From Selaginella moellendorffii (lineage: Eukaryota; Plantae; Lycopodiophyta), in NCBI RefSeq assembly GCF_000143415.4, contig NW_003314583.1, positions 1 to 12,073 on the forward strand: a stretch of 12,073 nt of DNA, read 5' to 3'. The notes below the pieces were generated by a model, which was not told the DNA's origin, searched no databases, and saw only the letters and a program-made list of their open reading frames with translations. Made by a program: the position numbers and the translations under genes. Below are positions 1 through 8,143 of this stretch, piece after piece. Positions within the stretch are counted from its first letter, which is position 1, and every line of letters begins with the position of its first letter.

Positions 1-3000
1 TCGTGGACAAGATTGACTCAGTGGTATGGGCAGCATCAAGTGGAGCGTGGTCAGCTTGCTTGGCGTTGATATGGATAGTAGCCTCCACCAGCTCTGATGA
101 CTCTTGCAGCCAAGTAGAGTCCACTGGCGGATCCATATGCATGTCCAAATATCTCCCTTCGATTGAGATGGTATCCTCCCGTGCTACTAAAAACAAACTC
201 ATTAGCACATTGAATCGACTATACTGTATTTACCATCAACTGCTATTGAGGAACTAGGACCGATATCACTTGAGCGCACTGCTGATTCTGAAGGATTGGA
301 CATACGTTTCGACCCTTGCTTGGCACTATCCTTCCTCGACACTAAAGGCTAGAGTTTGTAAATTCAACTGAATAATCTCTACTTACCATTTGCTCTGCGA
401 CCTACATGGACAATGTTAGAAATGGTAAAAGGTTAGGAATGGATGTATTATTATTTACCTGATGGTTTGTCTTGTATGACCTTCCTCCGCCGCTCTTTGG
501 CCACCTCAGGCTGGCCATCGTCGTCATCATCGTCGTCGTCGTTATTGTGATCGTCACCATTGTGAGGACCATCCAAGTCCTCTTCGTCCTCCTCTTCTTC
601 GTCCTCCTCTTCTTTGTCCTCCTCTTCGTCCTTCTGCTCTTCCTGCTCATTATCTTTCTCTGGCTCCTCATCCCCCTCCTGCATTTCTTCCATAGGCTGC
701 TCAGGCTGGATGGCTTGTTCTTCCAGGACCATCTTGGGAAAATCATCTGGCCGAGTCTCCATCTCAAAATACAAGACATCCATAGCCTGTTTTAGTGCGT
801 GACCTAGGACCGTATCCTCACCCGACTGTCTTAACATGGTTTCTGCACGTTCTTGCACCCTTCAAAGATGACAAGATGAGAAAAACGTGGCCCTGACTTG
901 AAAAGCTTCCCTCATCCATTGTACCTCTCCATTGAGATTGGGGAAGGGGAGTCTGCCATAGGAATCTGAGTCATGAGGTGGTGACTGCCTGCTTTCACTC
1001 AGCCCTTGATCTGCAATGAATGGCATGAGCACACACGCCATAACCGCGAGGCATTACCTATCATCTTTTCGTTGCCCTTCTTCCTTTTCGAATCAAACGC
1101 CTCTGATCTCGACGACTGTCCAACGTGCTTTCGCTTTTTATGACCACTGTCAGTTTGAGCTTGGCTGGTGCTTGCCTGTTTTGCCTTTGAAGAAGTTTCT
1201 CCTGCAAGAAATGGCATGAGACCACACGCCATTGCAAATATAATTTGTACCTCCTTTTTTCCTATTGCTTTTCTGTTTGTCCTTCTTCGATGCGCCACCA
1301 GTGCGCTTTTCAGTCCTCGTGTCTGAATATTCACAACGATCTATAATCAAAATGGCGTGAGGCCTCACGTGACCTTACCTTGTGCAGGTTGTGAGCTCGG
1401 CCCAACATGGGTATCTTCAACAGTAGCTGTTAACGCCGTTTCAGCATCTGGGGGTGGCCACGCTCCTGCATACAGAGCTTGTGAGATAACATTTAAACTT
1501 AAAGTGCGTACTCACCAGGTTCGCAGAGAAGATACTGTTTTTCTTTGGCAACTGTAATTATATGCTCCATTGAAGTCACCTCTTCAATGGAGTTTGTCAC
1601 CGCAACACACGGGACACCCTTGAGTAGTGCGGCTCGAAAGAATAGTCTGCCGCAGTTGTACTCGACAACGCATTTGCCCTTGGAGTCGGAAGCAGGTGAC
1701 CCACCCGCTATTGCGTTGAAGACCCAGCTGAGCATTTCCCATGCTGCACCTGGAGCTTTCTTTGGATTCGAAAGCTCCATAGCTGTCTTCAGTTCCTCAG
1801 GCACGGGTAAATTGACCTCCCTCAGATCAATTCGATTGGCCTTGTCGAACGAAGCTGGGAAGTCACTCCAGTCCCACTCTGCTGCAGGACCAATAACAAG
1901 GGCGAGTGTGAAGATGCGGACATTCGTCGGTATCTTCTTCTTAGCCATTATCCCATGGATCTCCCGCATCTCCTTGCCTTTCAACCGAGCCTTCACCTCG
2001 TTCAAGGCCTTCCAGAACTTGTGATAGGATTCGGAGTCGTAGATCATATAGTGGACTGAAGATTCCACCTCCGCAAGTCCCACCATTAAGTCAATGATGG
2101 AGCTGACTTCGTCTGCATGAGTGATCTCCTCGTTTGTGAAGTCCATCACACAAAAGATGTTCTTGACCTGCTCATCTCCGCGGGAAACGATGCTCCTCCA
2201 CCTTTGATCCTCATCCGAATTCAAGTATACCCGGTAAGGTTCTCGATAGGCCTCTGCTGCGGGGTCGAGCTGTTTCTGAAGCCGGCGGTCGACATCAATC
2301 TTAATGAAATTTGGATACTGATCCAACTTCTCAGCTTTACTTTTCGTGGCATCCCGCAGCAGATCGATGAACTTGGGGGCCCCCTTCACGTACTCGTCGA
2401 TGTCTTCATTTGACAACTCCAGCGCTTCCATCATCTCTTGCGTGGTGTCGATGCTCACCCTCTCCATGNNNNNNNNNNNNNNNNNNNNNNNNNNNNNNNN
2501 NNNNNNNNNNNNNNNNNNNNNNNNNNNNNNNNNNNNNNNNNNNNNNNNNNNNNNNNNNNNNNNNNNNNCAGAGTCGTGCACAAGTCCTCGTATGTCACAA
2601 TATGGCCGGGAGTCATTTTGGTTTTGTTGAAGACAACCTCACCATGTAGAAGAGCATTAGCCACTGTCAGAAGGTCGTCGTCGTCTAGAGACCGCGAGAA
2701 ACGCAAGGCGTTGAGCTTCAAATCATTGGGCTTCCGGCCGTCCTCCACACCCATTGAGTTTGGCAACTCCCCGTCATGGTACCTCCTCAGCACATCTACC
2801 CATTTGTCAAAAACAACTTTTGTCGTGAGTAGAATGTTATGGATGCTGAGTGTGTCATTGACCCCCAGTGTTTTCGAGAGAAGACTCGAGAATTCCTGCA
2901 ATGGAAATGGCATGAGGCCACATGCTATGCCACATACAACGAGGCTTACCTGCCAGGCACTACTTACTAGTGCACGTCCTTGTCCTGGTTTTTGTGGCTT

Positions 3001-4102
3001 CTTCAGTTGAACCCAGAGCTTCCATGTTCGTGCCAATGTCTCGTGCAGACCCGATTTGTAGCACGTTTCTTGCTTGACATTCTGCGCGTGGGAGATGTAT
3101 ATGATAGATCGGAGGGGCGAGTTGCCTTTTATCAGGCGGACAACTCTTGTCTTGAAGACTTTCTTCACCTCCTCGCCCACCATAATATCCACAACTATCT
3201 CTTGCATCGCCAAGCTAGAATGCTGCCCGGAGACGGCATAGAACCGGATGTTCTGATCGTCCAACACCTTCCTATTGATCAAGTCTGGAAACTTCATCTC
3301 GCCCTTCATTTTTTGGTAGTAGGGGATCACGTCTGCGATGTCGGGTGTTACTGGACTTGCCAGCATCTTCTGCTTCAATTTCTCCACCCACTCATCAGAT
3401 ACTAGCCTGTGGTTGTATTTGCTTTGGATGTCGATACGGCTCACGTCGATTGTATATACTTTGTTGGAATAGTAACAAGTACTATTATCTGCGACGATTT
3501 TTGCTGCCTCTTCTTGCTCTTTCTGCTCTTTGCGGCTCTTCTTTTTGGTGGGTCTAGTGTTCGAACCCGAGGCAATGGCATCACTGAGTAGCTTCTTTTT
3601 TGGAGCAGGAGAGTCGGATGTCGGCTTGAGCTTGACCACCCTTTTCTGCTTCGAGGTAGTTTCCAGATCGACCCCCTTCCCCTTTGCTTCGCGAACTGGA
3701 GTCACTCTCAACGGCTCAATGTTGGAATATAGTTTTTGAACATCGCCGTAGGTGAGGTCCGTGGATTCCATGTGATCTTCATAGACCCGCAGCGTCTTTG
3801 AAATTGTGGGCCTCCTGGACAACCTCTCCCTAGCTCCCTCTAGGAATTCCTCATAGCCGCTGCCCCCCTCCGGGAAGCCGCTAGGATGTGCAAGGTGGAT
3901 CTTGAAGGCAGACGCTGTCTCTACCACAAGTGCCAGTCCATATTCTTGCATGGAACTGCATGGAGTGTCCGTCACTTGGATGAGGATCCCCATGCATTCT
4001 TTTCTCCCACCATCTGTGTTGTACAGCCTCAGATCCTCGGCTTCCATCCCGAAAGTCCAACTGGTGAGCTCCTCCCCCTTCTCTGCATCCACATTGACAG
4101 TG
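1..4102 (-). CDS. Multi-exon gene for a large protein: ParB/Srx-like domain, degenerate N4/N6 MTase-like region, acidic/disordered C-terminal tail. 5' end is probably in the N gap; 3' end runs off the window.
   Basis: Exons reconstructed by hand on the minus strand: 4102-2950, 2895-2569 [gap] 2468-1516, 1465-1379, 1340 (or 1322)-1251, 1201-1058, 1010-~925, ~859/825-459, 401-387, 341-234, 186-<1. GT-AG introns: 2949-2896 (54 nt), 1515-1466 (50), 1378-1341/1323 (38/56), 1250-1202 (49), 1057-1011 (47), 458-402 (57), 386-342 (45), 233-187 (47). The frame stays open across all of these. The junction near 925-860 is unresolved, and continuity across the 100-N gap is assumed. Confidence 0.75.
515..695 (-). 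repeat. Low-complexity Glu/Asp-coding tract
   Basis: Encodes EEMQEGDEEPEKDNEQEEQKDEEEDKEEEDEEEEDEEDLDG...DDDDDDDD; imperfect 15-bp repeats at ~582-630. Confidence 0.9.
1020..1373. repeat. Three copies of the 22-bp palindrome, one in each of three consecutive introns
   Basis: 1020-1041 ATGGCATGAGCACACACGCCAT; 1211-1232 ATGGCATGAGACCACACGCCAT; 1352-1373 ATGGCGTGAGGCCTCACGTGAC. Confidence 0.9.
2469..2568. other. Assembly gap (100 N)
   Basis: Run of N; a round 100 suggests a placeholder of unknown true size. Confidence 1.
2907..2928. repeat. 22-bp palindrome within the 54-nt intron 2896-2949
   Basis: ATGGCATGAGGCCACATGCTAT. Confidence 0.9.
3070..3465 (-). other. ParB/Sulfiredoxin-like (DGQHR-type) domain within the minus-strand gene
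   Basis: YTIDVSRIDI..YNHRLVSDEWVEKLKQKM resembles Box I (NPR....L..L..SI). FYAVSGQHSSLAMQ resembles Box II (Y.++.G.HR..A). YISHAQN resembles Box III (EN). The order and approximate spacing match. Confidence 0.6.
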
Positions 4103-4897
4103 NNNNNNNNNNNNNNNNNNNNNNNNNNNNNNNNNNNNNNNNNNNNNNNNNNNNNNNNNNNNNNNNNNNNNNNNNNNNNNNNNNNNNNNNNNNNNNNNNN
4201 NNNNNNNNNNNNNNNNNNNNNNNNNNNNNNNNNNNNNNNNNNNNNNNNNNNNNNNNNNNNNNNNNNNNNNNNNNNNNNNNNNNNNNNNNNNNNNNNNNNN
4301 NNNNNNNNNNNNNNNNNNNNNNNNNNNNNNNNNNNNNNNNNNNNNNNNNNNNNNNNNNNNNNNNNNNNNNNNNNNNNNNNNNNNNNNNNNNNNNNNNNNN
4401 NNNNNNNNNNNNNNNNNNNNNNNNNNNNNNNNNNNNNNNNNNNNNNNNNNNNNNNNNNNNNNNNNNNNNNNNNNNNNNNNNNNNNNNNNNNNNNNNNNNN
4501 NNNNNNNNNNNNNNNNNNNNNNNNNNNNNNNNNNNNNNNNNNNNNNNNNNNNNNNNNNNNNNNNNNNNNNNNNNNNNNNNNNNNNNNNNNNNNNNNNNNN
4601 NNNNNNNNNNNNNNNNNNNNNNNNNNNNNNNNNNNNNNNNNNNNNNNNNNNNNNNNNNNNNNNNNNNNNNNNNNNNNNNNNNNNNNNNNNNNNNNNNNNN
4701 NNNNNNNNNNNNNNNNNNNNNNNNNNNNNNNNNNNNNNNNNNNNNNNNNNNNNNNNNNNNNNNNNNNNNNNNNNNNNNNNNNNNNNNNNNNNNNNNNNNN
4801 NNNNNNNNNNNNNNNNNNNNNNNNNNNNNNNNNNNNNNNNNNNNNNNNNNNNNNNNNNNNNNNNNNNNNNNNNNNNNNNNNNNNNNNNNNNNNNNNN
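4103..4897. other. Assembly gap (795 N), probably containing the 5' end of the minus-strand gene
   Basis: Run of N; the ORF is open into the gap. Confidence 1.
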
Positions 4898-5625
4898 TGC
4901 ATGCACGCGAAATCCAAAAGAAAGATCATGATTGGGATATCATTTAATACCCTCGCTATATTTATACCATGCATGATTGGATATTCCAAAGCATCTTGTA
5001 TTTCCAAAAATGCCAGATGTTCAGCTAAATAAATTGTCAGAGGATGACGTTCAAGCATGTGGGCTCATGCAATTTTGATCCCAAAAAATGCACCAAAAAA
5101 TGCTCGGCGTCATCTGGCGTTATCTCTTGAATGGCGTGGGGCCGCATGCCATTTTCAGGAGCACATAGGAGTATATTCCTAGAATATTCTAACACGCGCG
5201 AGATTGTTTTGAGTTTCCTGGAGATCCAACCGTTAGATCGCAACTAGATTTTACAGAATGGTATACAATGTCCTTCTTGATGACCTTGCAAAGAAGCATC
5301 TCGATCGGACACCACATGAGACCACACGAGCCTTACAATGTTTCAGGGGCATTTGCCATAGATCCAACCGTTATTTTGCTCCAAGATTCTACAGTTTGGT
5401 GTGCATTGACCTTTCCATCGACACTGCAAAGGGACATCACAATCAGATGCGGGATCACAAGAAACCAACTTCACTAACTCTGGTTTCACCAAGATCTACA
5501 TAAGGAGTTATGAAATGAAAGGACCCTCTCTATTGAAATGTGTTTATGGTCCTATGGGCATTGTGACATATCCAAGGATTTTGCATCAAGTTCTGTATTT
5601 GCATGTTTATCAAGCTACTGAATTG

Positions 5626-5651
5626 CTAAACCCTAAACCCTAAACCCTAAA
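5626..5651 (+). repeat. Interstitial plant telomere repeat / telo-box cluster (CCCTAAA)x~3.7
   Basis: ctaaa-ccctaaa-ccctaaa-ccctaaa. Confidence 0.9.
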
Positions 5652-6264
5652 CATGTGGCAAATGCTGCGTGAAGAAAGATGCCCTTTCTGGGCAAATGCT
5701 GTAAGAGGCAGATGCCGAGCAGATGTATCTCAGGCTAGTGAAGGGGACAAACGAAAGCTAGCAACCAAAGGAATGTAAGCAACCAAAGGAATGTAAGTAG
5801 GGCATGTGTTTGTAAGTTTAAAAATGCCTCAACCACTTATATTCCCAAGTAAATAAAGCTGTTTCTATTTTTGGTACAGGTAAACTTTATAGCGTGTGGG
5901 CTCATGCAATTTTGAACCCAAAAATGCACCAAAAAATGCTCGACTAGCATTATTCTTTGAATGGCGTGTGGCCTTATATTGCCATAAATGACACAGCATA
6001 ATTATTCCTTTACACGGCGAATAATCTTGGAGCACATAGGAGTATATTCCTAGAATATTCTGACACGCGCGAGATTGTTTTGAGTTTCCTGGAGATCCAA
6101 CCGTTAGATCGCAGCCAGATTTTACAGAATGGTATACAATGTCCTTCTTGATGACCCTGCAAAGAAGCATCTCGATCGGACACCACATGAGACCACACGA
6201 GCCTTACAATGTTTCAGGGGCATTTGCCATAGATCTGACCGTTATTTTGCTCCAAGATTCTACA

Positions 6265-6364
6265 NNNNNNNNNNNNNNNNNNNNNNNNNNNNNNNNNNNN
6301 NNNNNNNNNNNNNNNNNNNNNNNNNNNNNNNNNNNNNNNNNNNNNNNNNNNNNNNNNNNNNNNN
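6265..6364. other. Assembly gap (100 N) inside the tandem array; true copy number unknown
   Basis: Run of N flanked by repeat units. Confidence 1.
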
Positions 6365-6825
6365 ATAGGAGTATATTCCTAGAATATTTTGACACGCGCG
6401 AGATTGTTTTGAGTTTCCTGGAGATCCAACCGTTAGATCGCAACCAGATTTTACAAAATGGTATACAATGTCCTTCTTGATGACCTTGCAAAGAAGCATC
6501 TCGATCGGACACCACATGAGACCACACGAGCCTTACAATGTTTCAGGGGCATTTGCCATAGATCCGACCGTTATTTTGCTCCAAGATTCTACAGTTTGGT
6601 GTGCATTGACCTTTCCATCGACACTGCAAAGGGACATCACAATCAGATGCGGGATCACAAGAAACCAACTTCACTAACTCTGGTTTCACCAAGATCTACG
6701 AAAGGAGTTATGAAATGAAAGGACCCTCTCTATTGAAATGTGTTTATGGTCCTAGGGGCATTGTGACATATCAAAGGATTTTGCATCAAGTTCTGTATTT
6801 GCATGTTTATCAAGCTACTGAATTG

Positions 6826-6857
6826 CTAAACCCTAAACTCTAAACCCTAACCCTAAA
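6826..6857 (+). repeat. Interstitial plant telomere repeat / telo-box cluster (degenerate, ~4.6 units)
   Basis: ctaaa-ccctaaa-ctctaaa-ccctaa-ccctaaa at the position equivalent to 5626 in another repeat unit. Confidence 0.9.
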
Positions 6858-7672
6858 CATGTGGCAAATGCTGCGTGAAGAAAGATGCCCTTTCTGGGCA
6901 AATGCTGTAAGAGGCAGATGCCGAGCAGATGTATCTCAGGCTAGCGAAGGGGACAAACGAAAGCTAGCTATAAACATGACGGGATGCAAATAGATTACTA
7001 GGCTGGTCCTGCGAAAATCAAAAACCATAATTGAAAACATTGAAAATGCAAAAAGAAAGGTTTATAATATTTTTGAATTTTAAGCAACCAAAGGAATGTA
7101 AGTAGGGCATGTGTTTGTAAGTTTAAAAATGCCTCAACCATATAAATTCCCAAGTAAATAAAGCTGTTTCTATTTTTGGTACAGGTAAACTTTATAGCGT
7201 GTGGGCTCATGCAATTTTGAACCCAAAAATGCACCAAAAGATGCTCGACTAGCATTATTCTTTGAATGGCATGTGGCCTTATATTGCCATAAATGGACGT
7301 ACACACACAGCATAATTATTCCTTTACACGGCGAATAATCTTGGCACGGATCGCTGACATGGCATGGCAAAGTTCGAATCACTGACATGGCACAGCTGGA
7401 TCGAGGCAAGGACATGATGTGACAAAGTTCAACCTCCGACAGCAAAGTCTAGAAGCTACTCAGTTTGAAATTTGTCAGAGGAATCATAAGATCTGGTTTG
7501 TCAGAGGATTTGATGTGACGTTCAAGCGTGTGTTATTTTTGAATTCTCGAACTCATTCCTAGGTCTATCATTTTTGTGCGCCGTGTTCTTGGTTCCGCTG
7601 AGCGCAGTGAGCGCTGCTTGTGTAAGCAGCGTTGTGAGCTGTGGTTTATGCGTCTACAAGCGGTTGCAGCAT

Positions 7673-7786
7673 TGCGAGCGCCATTGCGAGCGGCAGTTTA
7701 TGCGAGTGGCAGTTTGTGCGAGCGGCGCTACGAGCAGTTGTGGTGTTGCGAGCGGCGTTACGAGTAGTTGCGGTGTTGCGAGCGGC
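7673..7786 (+). repeat. CpG-rich micro-array of TGCGAGYG(G)C x6, including a 30-bp tandem repeat (x2.3)
   Basis: TGCGAG at 7673, 7685, 7701, 7717, 7747 and 7777 (spacings 12, 16, 16, 30, 30). Confidence 0.9.
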
Positions 7787-7857
7787 ACTGTCTTTGGTGT
7801 GGCTACCGCTTCCTCTTGATATTCGGCACTTGTGCTTCCTGGTATGTTCACCATGGA

Positions 7858-8070
7858 ATGGTTTAGGACCACATTTAGAAATGGCATGAGGCCACATGCC
7901 ATCTTGGGCCCTTGCAATTTCATGGCTAGCGTATTGTCATGTATGTTTTTACTTGCCTGCAGCTGTGTGTATATCAAGATGGCATGAGGGCTCATGCCAA
8001 TTTTGTGAATGCGAAATTTCACGTGGGTGTCAATAGCATGTTTGAATAATGGCATGTGGCCTCATGCTAT
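7858..8070. promoter_or_regulatory. Cluster of 22-bp palindromes just upstream of the transposase ATG (5'UTR/intron region)
   Basis: 7881-7902 ATGGCATGAGGCCACATGCCAT; 7979-8000 ATGGCATGAGGGCTCATGCCAA; 8049-8070 ATGGCATGTGGCCTCATGCTAT; a degenerate copy at 7858. There is a polypyrimidine acceptor TTTCAG ending at 8142 and GTATGT donors at 7842 and 8074. A regulatory role is inferred. Confidence 0.6.
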
Positions 8071-8143
8071 TTGGTATGTTATGATTTAGGCCATTCTCCA
8101 ATCATTTTTTGTATGGTCTTAACTTCTTTTCTGCACTTTCAGA

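Larger units (their letters stand above)
5052..7343 (+). repeat. Tandem array of ~0.85-1 kb units (at least 3 copies plus a partial), interrupted by an N gap
   Basis: ATAGGAGTATATTCCTAGAATAT starts at 5165, 6036 and 6365. GTGGGCTCATGCAATTTTGA..CCAAAAA occurs at ~5059, 5896 and 7201. Blocks 5165-5762 and 6365-6968 are nearly identical, as are 5779-6030 and 7084-7343. The copies differ by SNPs and indels. Confidence 0.95.

Noticed and set aside
254-305. Possible extra intron GTATGT...CCTAG on the minus strand
   Set aside because: Splicing it creates an immediate stop, whereas read-through keeps the frame open to the next donor.
402-802. Hydrophobic ORF 472-795, Ser-rich ORF 614-802 and basic ORF 402-779
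   Set aside because: Antisense or alternative-frame shadows of the Glu/Asp-coding tract.
2455-5058. 867-aa ORF starting at 5058 (MLERHPLT...)
   Set aside because: Artificial read-through across 795 Ns. The 4898-5058 part looks non-coding or intronic; only 2569-4102 is credible.
6030-6600. Duplication around the 100-N gap as a pure contig-overlap artefact
   Set aside because: The two sides differ at five or more positions (e.g. gcagccag/gcaaccag, gaccctgc/gaccttgc), favouring separate copies. Allelic haplotypes cannot be fully excluded.
5037-7445. Recurrent short ORFs in the tandem array (MVYNVLLDD..., MSFLMTLQ..., etc.)
   Set aside because: They recur only because the DNA is repeated. There are no recognisable motifs, and they are broken differently between copies.
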